Of a DNA stretch of 64,000 bases, positions 39,163-49,578 are shown in pieces. A program made the position numbers and the translations under genes. Location of the stretch: NCBI GenBank assembly GCA_943354965.1, contig CALRDN010000002.1, positions 38,029-102,028 on the forward strand, read 5' to 3'. Numbering within the stretch: the stretch's first letter is position 1; each line of letters opens with the position of its first letter. This DNA comes from Candidatus Peribacteria bacterium. GTDB taxonomy: Bacteria > Patescibacteriota > Gracilibacteria > UBA1369 > UBA12463. The notes under the pieces are model-generated. The model did not search any database. It was not told the DNA's origin and saw only the letters and a program-made list of their open reading frames with translations.

Positions 39163-40902
39163 ATGCACAACCCTATGAACAAGCACAAACTCGGAGAAGT
39201 TGCATCCACATCAATATGCGGAAATGACATTATGAGCTCGGTATTGTATGTCTCAGGAATTGCCATCGGGGCTGCCGGAATATATGCACCAATAATTCTT
39301 CTGGCCATCGGGGGCGTATTGCTACTTTATAGGGGCGTGTATCGCGAAGTAGTAGAATCACTTCCTGTAAACGGAGGAACCTATAACGCCCTGCTCAATG
39401 GAACCTCAAAAAACATTGCCGCAACAGCGGGAGTTCTCACCATTCTTTCCTATGTCGCCACATCTGTAATCTCCGGAAAAACAGCCGTAGAGTATCTAGG
39501 AACGATTATTAACATTCCCATCATTCCCGTAACCATCGCCGTTCTCATATTCTTCGCCGCGCTTGTTATATCTGGAGTAAAAGACTCGGCAAAAATTGCC
39601 ATTGGCATCTTCTTCCTGCATCTCACTACGCTCGTAGCATTCGTCGTACTGGGATCATATTATCTCTATACTCACCCAAATCAATTTCACATAAATTTTG
39701 CACACACTCGAGTCCTCGTTCAGGACTACACCCTCATGATCGTCCTCTTTCTCGGCTTCGCTTCATCATTACTCGGCGTATCAGGCTTCGAAAGTTCCGC
39801 AGACTTCGTCGAAGAACAGGAAAAAGGAGTCTTCAAAAAAACGCTCACAAATATGTTGCTTGGAGTTGTTATTTTCAACCCTCTCGTAGCGCTCCTCTGC
39901 CTCGGAATCTCCGACATGTCAGAGATAGCTAAATTCTCCAACTTTCTTCTCGCTGGAGAGGCAAAAATCGTAGGTGGAGCAATTTTTCAGTATATCGTCG
40001 TCATAGACGCATTCCTCGTACTCTGTGGAGCTGTTCTCACCGGATTCATCGGTGTCTCGGGTCTCATCAATCGTATGTCTCAAGATGAAGTACTCCCTAT
40101 CTGGTTCGCAAAAAGAAATGCAAAACGATCCTATCCCCGCATCGTCATCACCTTCTTGTTACTCTGCATATCTATTCTCTTGTCTACTGGAGGCAATCTC
40201 AAAGCCCTTGCTGGCGTCTATGCCATCAGCTTCCTCTCCGTAATGAGCATGTTTGCTATCGGTAACCTCATTCTCAAAATCACTCGACCGGATCTCCGAC
40301 GCCTCTACTCATTTCCAATGCTACTTGTCATTCTCGCCTTCGCGACAACATTCACGGGACTCATCGGAAACATCATGATGGATCTCAACAATCTATTATT
40401 CTTCGCATTCTATTTCTTCCCAGTAATACTCATCGTGCGTGCCTATATATACCGTGACTATATCGTTTCTTTTTTCTACAACCACACGGCTCCCGATACT
40501 CTTCTCCATAAATTATTCCGCGTCGTTTTCCGCAACGTAGTGCGAGGAACATACATTCTCTTTATCCATCGAGCCGACCGACTTTTCAACACGCTCAAAT
40601 ATATCAATGCCAACGAAGCGGGACGGCACGTCATTATTCTTCACTGCAAAGACGAAACAGATGAAGTAAACGACATCGTCTGGCACGACCTCAAAACGCT
40701 CGTACCACTCATTCCAAAAGCCGGAGTATTTCAGCACCTCCGCCTCGACCTTCACCAAATAGAAGGACCGTTTGGACCAGAAGTAATTCACAAAGCATCC
40801 GTAAAATACGACATTCCTACGAACCGCATATTCATCGGAACGATTCACGAAAACCACAAGTTCATGTACGAAGACTTGGGCGGCGTGAGAATTATTGTCT
40901 AG
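39163..40902 (+). CDS. APC-family amino acid permease with soluble C-terminal domain
   Basis: ICGNDIMSSVLY, NGGTYNAL, GVSGFESSA motifs and about 12 TMs. Confidence 0.88.
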   Translation: MHNPMNKHKLGEVASTSICGNDIMSSVLYVSGIAIGAAGIYAPIILLAIGGVLLLYRGVYREVVESLPVNGGTYNALLNGTSKNIAATAGVLTILSYVATSVISGKTAVEYLGTIINIPIIPVTIAVLIFFAALVISGVKDSAKIAIGIFFLHLTTLVAFVVLGSYYLYTHPNQFHINFAHTRVLVQDYTLMIVLFLGFASSLLGVSGFESSADFVEEQEKGVFKKTLTNMLLGVVIFNPLVALLCLGISDMSEIAKFSNFLLAGEAKIVGGAIFQYIVVIDAFLVLCGAVLTGFIGVSGLINRMSQDEVLPIWFAKRNAKRSYPRIVITFLLLCISILLSTGGNLKALAGVYAISFLSVMSMFAIGNLILKITRPDLRRLYSFPMLLVILAFATTFTGLIGNIMMDLNNLLFFAFYFFPVILIVRAYIYRDYIVSFFYNHTAPDTLLHKLFRVVFRNVVRGTYILFIHRADRLFNTLKYINANEAGRHVIILHCKDETDEVNDIVWHDLKTLVPLIPKAGVFQHLRLDLHQIEGPFGPEVIHKASVKYDIPTNRIFIGTIHENHKFMYEDLGGVRIIV

Positions 40903-40918
40903 AGATAAATATTTTATC

Positions 40919-41632
40919 CTATTTCGTTCGTATCAACGGTATATCTCTCGCAGCAACTCCGTCAACACTCGTTCGATTCAACATCGGATGATCCTCATCT
41001 CCAGGCCCAAAATCAGAATCAGGATGGTAGGCGACAACCGTCATTGTCTGGCCACTACCGGTTCTAAACTTATGGGGAGCCATTGTGTGAATACCAAAAA
41101 CTTGACCTGGATACATAACCGTCTCCTCATCAGGAGTTATACAAATGCCACCACCATCACTTACTAACCCTAAACGCATCGAAGGGGGTGTATGCATCGT
41201 CTGATCTATATTTTCAGGAAAGTGCAAAGAATTCAAACATGGATCCCCCTTCCTCACGGGTGGAATAAGTAACGAATCAGTACATCCATCAATATACTTC
41301 AATCGACCATTTTTCTCTACCGGTCCACCCATCATAAACATGCCATTATGCATAAGTCTTTCAATGGCAATACCAATGCCATCAGAAATAATAAGCGGCT
41401 CATTGCTACAAAAATACATCCCTTTATCCAACGCGAACACCCTACCGCCCGCCATCTCAATTTTGGCACGTGCCCCATGCACGGTATCAAAAATAAACCC
41501 GTAAAAAGTACTACCTCGTTCGGACAATTCCAAAGGCTCTCCATGAAAAGCGTGGAGTCGGGTAGGAAACTGATCGTGGGAATAATCAGCAAGTAGACCT
41601 GAATCTAAACCAAAAGAAGAAAAAGATTTCAT
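40919..41632 (-). CDS. Cupin-fold protein
   Basis: GRLKYIDGCTDSLL, QTMHTPPS..G.G, HKFRT and AYHPDSDFGP. ATG at 41632 has TATAAT 6 nt upstream; the longer ORF-track start overlaps the tmRNA. Confidence 0.7.
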   Translation of the reverse strand: MKSFSSFGLDSGLLADYSHDQFPTRLHAFHGEPLELSERGSTFYGFIFDTVHGARAKIEMAGGRVFALDKGMYFCSNEPLIISDGIGIAIERLMHNGMFMMGGPVEKNGRLKYIDGCTDSLLIPPVRKGDPCLNSLHFPENIDQTMHTPPSMRLGLVSDGGGICITPDEETVMYPGQVFGIHTMAPHKFRTGSGQTMTVVAYHPDSDFGPGDEDHPMLNRTSVDGVAARDIPLIRTK

Positions 41633-41676
41633 GTCGACATTATAGCAAACTTTAAAAGTTTGCATAGTAGCTACAT

Positions 41677-42115
41677 TGGTGGAGATGCCGGGAGTTGAAC
41701 CCGGGTGCAAAAGAAGAATGGACATACGTCTACAAATCATAGTCCGCTCTTATTTACTTCGCATGTGATAGAGAGTGGACCAAAAGCCACGCGCGAAGGG
41801 CTATAGGTTTTTGTGCATGTATCGTAACTCCTCAATACACACCTTAGTTTAGAAGTATTACGCCCGATGGAACCGCCTAAACATCAGTTCCATAAGACGC
41901 CCTCCGAAAAAATTCAGAGAGAACAATAAGACGAGAATTAAACAAGAGTTGGAGTCCTCGAAAAAGATCGAAGAAGAGCAATTGTCCTAGACTCGCCGTT
42001 ATCGGCAGTTGTATCTGCAATTAGTTTGCGCCAGACGTTGATAACGGTCGGACTGGCGCAACGGCCGGATCGCAGTATGCCTACCCGTTTCTTCTGTCGA
42101 ATGCCGGACATCCCC
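41677..42115 (-). ncRNA. ssrA: tmRNA (439 nt)
   Basis: 5' GGGGATG..TTCGAC pairs with 3' CATCTCC-ACCA (G3:U alanine identity). T-arm CCGGG-TTCAACT-CCCGG. Internal tag ORF follows ACAACT. Confidence 0.93.
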
Positions 42116-42174
42116 ACATGTGAACGAACGCGCCACAAAACTACAAACTGCAGCGGACTTGAAGTATATCAAAT

Positions 42175-42672
42175 TTAAAACCCAATTGCCAGATTTGACG
42201 TAATAGCAGGCTGCACCTTATTGGGAGTTATCAGTACACTTGGACCAACAGCAAAGCCTAGTGTCTTACTCAACCTAATACCAACAAGTGTGGTAATCCT
42301 TGCAATTGGTGCAACCTGGGTGCCAATCCATTCAGCACCAACACCCAACTCTCCAACTACATAAAATGGGTTCGCGATACTATCATGGAAAGTTCCAACC
42401 GCTTCAGCACTTCCAGCCATCTTCCCGTGATAAGCAGCGCCTAAACCAAGCCCAACCCCAGCAGACCAGTGATCAAAGAGTTCATGGGTATACAAAATAT
42501 GCCCCATAGCCTTATGAGCATCAACCTCGGGCCCAATCGCGATATGGTGAGGATGGGTATGTGTATCTTCATGGTGAAGTTTTGCACCAACATCAGCTTC
42601 AGCTTCAGCCTGACTCGGAATCATCATACTTCCAGCTGCCGCGAGACCCGCAAATGTATTTTTAATATTCAT
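42175..42672 (-). CDS. Secreted His-rich protein with amphipathic beta-strands
   Basis: Signal peptide (..SQAEA), HHEDTHTHPHH, alternating strands and C-terminal Phe. Confidence 0.6.
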   Translation of the reverse strand: MNIKNTFAGLAAAGSMMIPSQAEAEADVGAKLHHEDTHTHPHHIAIGPEVDAHKAMGHILYTHELFDHWSAGVGLGLGAAYHGKMAGSAEAVGTFHDSIANPFYVVGELGVGAEWIGTQVAPIARITTLVGIRLSKTLGFAVGPSVLITPNKVQPAITSNLAIGF

Positions 42673-42768
42673 AGAAAGATATTATAGCAATAATTTATAC
42701 TTTTGTCAAGAACACTTGATATAAGTATTATATCTGACAAATAGAAAATATTAAAGCCTAATTGAAGA

Positions 42769-45700
42769 CTATTTCTTCTTTTCCCCCACTATCCCCACAA
42801 CCTTCCCCGCCAGCTTCACCAAACACTCCTGAAGCTCCTCAACCCAACCCATTCCAAGCTCAGAAATTACAATCTGAAGCTTATTACCGACAATCTGCCA
42901 TTTCGGACTGTATTCAAGTAAATTCATAATATTCTCCGGCTTCACCTTTTTAGAAAGCTGCATAATAATAATCTGCTTATCTTTACCCAAGTGAACATTA
43001 TCCGCCTTCACCTTCGCAACTCCCGCCTTCTTCGCATATAATTTTAACTCAATTACCTTAAACAAATTCAACACCTCTTTCGGCATTTTTCCATAATCCT
43101 CAATAACATCATCCTTCAGCTCAGCCAAATACTCGAACGTATCCGCGCCAGCCATTTTTTGATACAAACTAATTTTATCTTTCGAGCTAACGATATACGA
43201 ATCAGGGACATAACAGGTCAAAGGAAGCTCTACGGATACATCTTCCACCTCATCCGCCTTATCAGCCGACTTACCAGAATTTAAATCCTCAACGGCTTTA
43301 TTTAACATACGAATAAAATGACTCACACCCACAACATTAATTACTCCACTCTGCTTCGCGCCCAAAATTTCACCAGCGCCGCGAATTTCTAAATCTTTCA
43401 TAGCTATTTGGAATCCTGAGCCTAGCTCAGAAGCCTCCACGATCGCTTTTAAGCGACGTTTAGCATCTAACTTAAGTCTCTGCCCATGATAGAGGAAGTA
43501 GGCGTATGCCTGGACCTTTCCTCGACCCACTCGTCCACGTAACTGATACAACTGTGCTAACCCAAATCGCTCTGCATTATTTACCAACAACGTATTCGCA
43601 TTTGGAAGATCAATACCATTCTCAATAATTGTTGAACTCACCAATACATCAAATTTATGTTCCGTGAATTGCAGAATTTTCTCCTCTAACTGGCTAGATC
43701 CCATCTGTCCATGAGCAACACCAACACGTGCCTCAGGAATCAACTGGCGCAACTTCTCGGCCATCGAATCAATCGTCTGAACTTTGTTATGCAAGAAATA
43801 AACCTGCCCGCCGCGCTGTACCTCGCGCAAAATCGCATCACGAATTAATGTCATCCCAAAGCGTCTCACCTCAGTAATAATAGGCAAACGACCCGGTGGT
43901 GGTGTAGTAATCGTCGTAACATCTCTCAGTTTATTAAGCGCAATATTTAACGTTCTTGGAATAGGAGTTGCAGTTAATGTTAACACATCCACACCGGCCT
44001 TAATTTTCTTCAAAGACTCTTTCTGGGTAACACCAAACCTCTGTTCCTCATCCACCACAATCAATCCAAGATTTTTAAATTTAACATCCGGCTGTAATAA
44101 TCTATGTGTACCAATAACAATATCAACCTCACCTTTTTCTAATCGCTGAAGAGTTAATTTCTGCTCCTTGGCCGAAACAAATCGACTCATCATCGCAATA
44201 CGCACATCAAACTGATTCATGCGTTTCGTAAACGTCTGATAATGCTGATCGGTCAAAATAGTAATAGGAGAAATAAAAGCCACCTGTTTTCCAGCTCTCA
44301 CAGCCTTGAAAGCGGCACGGACTGCAACTTCCGTCTTCCCAAATCCTACATCTCCACACACTAATCTATCCATAGGTGAAGCCTTCTCCATATCTGCCTT
44401 AACATCCAAAATCGCTTTGATCTGACCAGGTGTTTCTTCGTAAGGAAATGACTCGGCAAGTAAAATTTCATCTTTATTATCTGCCGGAAAAGCATATCCA
44501 ACTGCTCTCTTGCGCTCCGCATATAACATCAACAACTCCTTCGCTATAATCTCTGTTTCTTTCTTCACCTTACTTGTAATAGAACTCCACTCCGTCGATC
44601 CAAGACGTGTTAACTTCGGCATCGAATCCTCTGACCCAATATATTTTCCAACTTTATCAGCCTGATCAATAGGAACAAATAATTTATCATTTTCAGCATA
44701 CCCGAGTTTTAAATACTCTCGAGTAACATTATCAACTGTTCGCTGCTCCAAACCAAGAAACAGAGCAATACCATGGTCAGCATGTACCACAAAATCCCCA
44801 ATCTTCAACCCGGACATCAAATCAGAAAACACTCTCTGGTTACTATTTACCGACTTTTTTTTATCATCTCGTAGTATTGAAATTTCCTTATCCGTCAAAA
44901 TAGAAAGTTTAATCTCAGGATTCTGAAAAGCATACGGAAAGGTGTCATCCCTCCCCTCTTCGATGAGATAAATCCTACCTCCATCAGGGCTCACATCCTC
45001 AAAAACATCCGTAAAAGGAATATTGTGAGTATGAAAAATCTCCGTGAGTTGTTTTTTATTCTTTGTAAAAATCAAAACATTCCATCCATTACCTTTCTTG
45101 GCAATTAAATCATTCGTAAAATCAAAGAGGTCTACATATCGCAAACTCGTAAGGTAATGTAGGTGCTGATGATTATCCCCATCCTCATTAAATAATGTGA
45201 AAATAACACTCTTACATCTCGCATAAACATGAGAAACAAGCGCATTCCAGCCATCATACATATCATCAGTAATATCTAATTCATCTTCCACAAATAAACA
45301 ATCCTTCTGAATATAATCTGTTAACTTTCCATCCCAATTCTGGAAAAATAATGAATACAAAGAAACATTCTCTACGTCTTTTATTGAGCCAGGCTGTAAT
45401 AATCGTATCTTCTCAATCCCCTCAAAACCAATCTCAATCTGAACAGGATAGGTTAAATTTACCGGCCAAACAATAAGGGTATCTCCGGTGCGGTAATACT
45501 CCCCAACATCAATAGACTGATTATCGGAAGCGACCGTATATCCCCACTCCATAAGAAGCTCAAACACACGAACGGGATCAACTGCATCACCCTTTGAAAT
45601 TTTCAAAATATTATCAGAAAAATCCTTAACATTAGGATATTGAAGATAAAAATAAGAAGCCGGTACAACCAAGGAACAAATATCCGCGGATAAAAAACGA

Positions 45701-46050
45701 GACAAAAACACTGAAATTTGTATCTGATTATATCTCTTTTCCTCCCTACTACATTTTTGTATATCAACTACCTGCCAATCATCACCACCATGAAGATCAA
45801 GACTGTAAGCGGGTAAACCCGTCCAACGAGGAATATCCTGGATAAAAACATCTCTTTCAGATTTATTATTCACCGCCCATACCGTCTTTGTAAATGTATT
45901 CTTAGAATTCTGGAGAATATCAGCAACTGTAAAAACACGAGAAGAATAACCCGTAGACCCAGATAGAGTAATAGAATTATGTTCATGGAACACATTCAAA
46001 ACCCTATGATATATAGGATAACCAAAATGACTCATTAATGACTCGTACAT
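42769..46050 (-). CDS. mfd: Transcription-repair coupling factor
   Basis: CarD/RID domain VVHADHGI, GDVGFGKTEVA, DEEQRFG, TATPIPRT, QLRGRVGR and TRCF C-terminal domain. Confidence 0.97.
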   Translation of the reverse strand: MYESLMSHFGYPIYHRVLNVFHEHNSITLSGSTGYSSRVFTVADILQNSKNTFTKTVWAVNNKSERDVFIQDIPRWTGLPAYSLDLHGGDDWQVVDIQKCSREEKRYNQIQISVFLSRFLSADICSLVVPASYFYLQYPNVKDFSDNILKISKGDAVDPVRVFELLMEWGYTVASDNQSIDVGEYYRTGDTLIVWPVNLTYPVQIEIGFEGIEKIRLLQPGSIKDVENVSLYSLFFQNWDGKLTDYIQKDCLFVEDELDITDDMYDGWNALVSHVYARCKSVIFTLFNEDGDNHQHLHYLTSLRYVDLFDFTNDLIAKKGNGWNVLIFTKNKKQLTEIFHTHNIPFTDVFEDVSPDGGRIYLIEEGRDDTFPYAFQNPEIKLSILTDKEISILRDDKKKSVNSNQRVFSDLMSGLKIGDFVVHADHGIALFLGLEQRTVDNVTREYLKLGYAENDKLFVPIDQADKVGKYIGSEDSMPKLTRLGSTEWSSITSKVKKETEIIAKELLMLYAERKRAVGYAFPADNKDEILLAESFPYEETPGQIKAILDVKADMEKASPMDRLVCGDVGFGKTEVAVRAAFKAVRAGKQVAFISPITILTDQHYQTFTKRMNQFDVRIAMMSRFVSAKEQKLTLQRLEKGEVDIVIGTHRLLQPDVKFKNLGLIVVDEEQRFGVTQKESLKKIKAGVDVLTLTATPIPRTLNIALNKLRDVTTITTPPPGRLPIITEVRRFGMTLIRDAILREVQRGGQVYFLHNKVQTIDSMAEKLRQLIPEARVGVAHGQMGSSQLEEKILQFTEHKFDVLVSSTIIENGIDLPNANTLLVNNAERFGLAQLYQLRGRVGRGKVQAYAYFLYHGQRLKLDAKRRLKAIVEASELGSGFQIAMKDLEIRGAGEILGAKQSGVINVVGVSHFIRMLNKAVEDLNSGKSADKADEVEDVSVELPLTCYVPDSYIVSSKDKISLYQKMAGADTFEYLAELKDDVIEDYGKMPKEVLNLFKVIELKLYAKKAGVAKVKADNVHLGKDKQIIIMQLSKKVKPENIMNLLEYSPKWQIVGNKLQIVISELGMGWVEELQECLVKLAGKVVGIVGEKKK

Positions 46051-46080
46051 CTTACTCACAAATCGTTTCCTTGATTGAAT

Positions 46081-47187
46081 TTATACTTTGAGTGGCATGA
46101 TAATATAGACATAATTGTCATCTTTGCAAGGCTTAATCACAACAGGTGATAACTTGTCATTCATCTCAATAAAGATCCTTGAAGCTCCAATAGACGCCAA
46201 AACATCTAATAAATACTCCGCATTTAAAGCTGTTTTATTATTCTCTCCTGTTAAAACAATATCAACCTCAGCTCTATCTTCACCTACTTTTGTCTCATCC
46301 GTAGAGATAGTTAATTTACCATCGTTCGTAACTGATACTTTTACACTATTATTACTTTCTCGTGCAAAAAGACTTACACGCTTCATATTTAATTGAAGCT
46401 CCTGTGTATCAACTTCAGCTTTAGACTTACTATCCTTCGGAATAATACGCTCATAATCCGGAAATCGACCCTCAATAAGACGAGATGTGAACTCAATATC
46501 CCCAATTCTAAACAAAATCTGATTCTTTGTAATATCAACAAAAACCTCCTGAGCTGTAGTTTTTGAAAGTAATTTCCCAAGCTCTTGAACAGTTTTTACA
46601 GGAATAATACACTCAACTAATTCGTCTTTTCCTTTTACAAGCTCAATTTTCTTCTCTGCTAAACGATAACTATCAGTAGCAACCATCTTTAAAGTTTTCT
46701 TATCCACAACCATCAAAACTCCTGATAATACTGGTCTTGAAGAATTTTGTGATGCTGCAAAAGCAACCTGCTGAATAGCAAGATTCAAATCTTTAACTGG
46801 CAATACAAGATCACTCCCCTTATCTACCTGGGGAATAACAGGAAATTCATCTGCATGAATACCTTTCATTTTTGTCTGAGATTTATCCGCCTTAACCGTA
46901 AAATTAAGACCTTCTGTAGCGCTAATTTCAAGTTTCTCATTTGGTAATAATGAAACATAACTCATTAATAATTTAGCAGGAACGGTTATAGAACCTTCAT
47001 TTCGAACTTCACACTCAAAGAAATACCGAACAGCAATCTCTAAATTCGTAGCTGAGAAAAACAAATTCTTACCCTCAGCTTTAATGAGAATATTATTTAA
47101 TACCGGCAAAGTATTACTTGAACTTATTGCTCTACCGACGATATCCAAAGCATCTAAAAATTTCTTTTGTTCGCAAAGTACTTTCAT
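46081..47187 (-). CDS. dnaN: DNA polymerase III beta clamp
   Basis: ATNLE, RPVLSGV, VATDSYRLA, RLIEGRFPDY and IIMPL motifs. Confidence 0.97.
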   Translation of the reverse strand: MKVLCEQKKFLDALDIVGRAISSSNTLPVLNNILIKAEGKNLFFSATNLEIAVRYFFECEVRNEGSITVPAKLLMSYVSLLPNEKLEISATEGLNFTVKADKSQTKMKGIHADEFPVIPQVDKGSDLVLPVKDLNLAIQQVAFAASQNSSRPVLSGVLMVVDKKTLKMVATDSYRLAEKKIELVKGKDELVECIIPVKTVQELGKLLSKTTAQEVFVDITKNQILFRIGDIEFTSRLIEGRFPDYERIIPKDSKSKAEVDTQELQLNMKRVSLFARESNNSVKVSVTNDGKLTISTDETKVGEDRAEVDIVLTGENNKTALNAEYLLDVLASIGASRIFIEMNDKLSPVVIKPCKDDNYVYIIMPLKV

Positions 47188-47199
47188 GTGCCTATTATA

Positions 47200-47640
47200 T
47201 CTACCTACCCTTAGAAAACAACCTAATCTCTATAATTCTTTTCTTTATGTTTTTATCTTTAATTGTTTCTCCCTGTATCTCTGTTATTTTATGAATATAA
47301 AAATAGTAGTAGATAGTGAGCTCCGACTTTTGCACCATTTATGGGTAAGAAATGTGTATAACTCATGAATTCTAGTGAGTATTAGGCTTAAAACGTTTTG
47401 AACAATGATAAATATTGGTAATAAACTTATGGGTATATGTGTAAAAGTAGAGATAGATAATCCCCTTTTACACAGGTGTTGCAAAAGTATGAAAGTATAA
47501 TAAAGATATCTTTCCTTTAGATGTGGATAGTATGTATAAAATGGGTAAAAGTGGTAAAAATAGCTTTGATTACAGAGAAATACCCTGTTGTTATTTTGGG
47601 TGGTTGATAAGTAGTACATAACTTGTGGAAAACGATATAT
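47200..47640. other. Probable chromosomal replication origin (oriC)
   Basis: Consensus DnaA boxes at 47353, 47438, 47466 and 47624 plus near-matches; TAG trios at 47304-47316; AT-rich tract; visible GC-skew inversion. Confidence 0.8.
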
Positions 47641-47683
47641 TTTCCTGTACTTTGAAGCTAAAGTTAGGTAAACTACTCTGGCT

Positions 47684-49267
47684 ATGACTATGGAATATAT
47701 AAGTATTATTGGATTTTTCGCCATCGGGATCGCGGCGGTGCTATTTCTTTCGAAAAGGAAGGGAATGAGTAGTGATGAGGTGATAAAAATAGGAAATGAA
47801 AAAAAAGACAAAGCTAGGGTTGAGGCTGAGGTTCTGAGGAAGAGCGCATTACAGAAGATAGATGAGATGAAGAATAGCACCGTGGAGTCAGAGAAGAGTT
47901 TTAATGAATTTCTCGAGAAGATAGAAGAGTCTATTAAGTCTAAGGAAGAGGTTGTAGCCAAGCGCGAACTGAAAAACGATGATTTGAGAGCGGTGATTAC
48001 AAAGGAAAATGAAGAGAAGGCGAAGCTACAAGCGGAACTTAAAAAGATAGATGAGGAGCGTGTAGGATCCCTGGAAAAGAGGGCGCAAAAGAATGCATTA
48101 GATATAAAGAAAGAATTAGTTCAGTCCCTGGAGAATGAATTAACAGAAGATAATGAGAGGAAGTTGAAAAAGTTAGAAGAGTATTACAAGGAAAACGCAG
48201 AGAAAGAGGCGAGAAACACCGTGTTAAGCGCTCTACAGAGGCTTTCTACAGCAACTTCAAATGAGAAAAAAGGATCCCAGTTAAAAGTAGTAAACGATTT
48301 AAATAAGCCGAATGTAGTAGGAATGAACGCGGAAAATATTATCTTCCTCGAAGAGCAGCTTGATAATGTAGATATTATTTTTAATGACTTCCCGGGAATC
48401 GTTACTATCTCTCATTATAACCTCATCACAAGGCACATTACGAAGAAGACCCTCGATAAGCTCTTTTCTTATAGGGGCCCTATATCAAAAGCCACCGTTA
48501 CGGCAAAAATAGAAGAGGCAAAAAAGGATGTCGACAGAGAGTTGCTCGCTATAGGCAGGGATGCCTTGAGGCGTATAAATATTAAACGTGTACTTCCCGA
48601 TGAGTGTTTACAGGTAATTGGGCGTCTCCAATTTCGTACAAGTTATGGTCAGAATATTATGCGCCACTCCTATGAGGTGGGAATATTCGCCCTCATGATG
48701 GCGTATGAGCTTGGATTAGATATTGAAACGGCCAAGATAAGCGGATTCCTCCATGATCTCGGAAAGGCCATTGATCAAAACCCGGATATCATAGGAGCAC
48801 ATGATTTTCTTACAAAAGAGTTAATGGAGAAGTATGCCTGCTTCCAGGAGTGTGAGATTCATGCCGCATGGACACATCATGATTCTGAGCCACCAAAAAC
48901 TCCCGAAGCCTTCCTCGTAAAAGGAGCAGACGCTATCTCGGCGGGTCGTCCTGGCGCGCGCGCTGAATCGCTCGATAGATACGTCGAGAGACTGAACGCG
49001 TTGCAGGATATCGCAATGTCATACGAAGGTGTGGACAAGGTTTCAGCCATGTCCGCAGGAAGAGAGCTGCGCGTCTTGGTAAGCCCGGGAAGCGTGCATG
49101 ACAAGGAGATGCAGCCACTAGCGGATGTGATCGCCAGTGAGATCAAGGAAAAAGTCGCATATCCCGGATATGTGCGAGTAAATATTATTAGAACTACAAA
49201 ATCAGCGGATATTGCTCGACCTCGCCCTAGCGAGGGTGTCCAAAGCGGGAAGGCGATATCCACATAA
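47684..49267 (+). CDS. rny: Ribonuclease Y
   Basis: N-terminal TM and coiled coil, degenerate KH domain, RTSYGQN..HS, LHDLGKA, ADAISAGRPGAR and AGRELRV. Confidence 0.93.
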   Translation: MTMEYISIIGFFAIGIAAVLFLSKRKGMSSDEVIKIGNEKKDKARVEAEVLRKSALQKIDEMKNSTVESEKSFNEFLEKIEESIKSKEEVVAKRELKNDDLRAVITKENEEKAKLQAELKKIDEERVGSLEKRAQKNALDIKKELVQSLENELTEDNERKLKKLEEYYKENAEKEARNTVLSALQRLSTATSNEKKGSQLKVVNDLNKPNVVGMNAENIIFLEEQLDNVDIIFNDFPGIVTISHYNLITRHITKKTLDKLFSYRGPISKATVTAKIEEAKKDVDRELLAIGRDALRRINIKRVLPDECLQVIGRLQFRTSYGQNIMRHSYEVGIFALMMAYELGLDIETAKISGFLHDLGKAIDQNPDIIGAHDFLTKELMEKYACFQECEIHAAWTHHDSEPPKTPEAFLVKGADAISAGRPGARAESLDRYVERLNALQDIAMSYEGVDKVSAMSAGRELRVLVSPGSVHDKEMQPLADVIASEIKEKVAYPGYVRVNIIRTTKSADIARPRPSEGVQSGKAIST

Positions 49268-49290
49268 TATATCTTTAAACCTCACTCACA

Positions 49291-49578
49291 ATGGCAGAAG
49301 ATAAAAAAATTACAAAGGCAGTCGACAAGCTCGTTATGGGCATGATAATCGGCGGTGCGGTCGGATCAGTTTTGGGTATGGCCTTCTCTCCTAAGTCAGG
49401 AAAAGAGAATAGAAAGTTAGTGCAAAACAAAGTCGATGATATAAGAGAAATGGCTAGTGGAGCTAAAGATGATTTTGTACGTGAGCATAAAAAAGAAATC
49501 ACCTCGGTGAAGAAGGGATTATTTTCATTTATGACAAAAACCCTTCACCCAAAAAAGAAGAGAACTTCTCATGAATAA
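49291..49578 (+). CDS. YtxH-like protein
   Basis: GMIIGGAVGSVLGMAFSPKSGKENR motif. Confidence 0.8.
   Translation: MAEDKKITKAVDKLVMGMIIGGAVGSVLGMAFSPKSGKENRKLVQNKVDDIREMASGAKDDFVREHKKEITSVKKGLFSFMTKTLHPKKKRTSHE

Noticed and set aside
39163..41676. Integrated element at the tmRNA 3' end
   Set aside because: No integrase and no duplicated ssrA 3' end were seen; only the weak remnant hypothesis is kept.
41677..41712. tRNA-Ala-like 3' half
   Set aside because: No anticodon arm. It pairs with a 5' end 439 nt away, so it is the tmRNA.
47284..47961. 225-aa minus-strand ORF upstream of dnaN as a possible dnaA remnant
   Set aside because: It is an antisense shadow of rny plus origin DNA, with no AAA+ or DnaA motifs.
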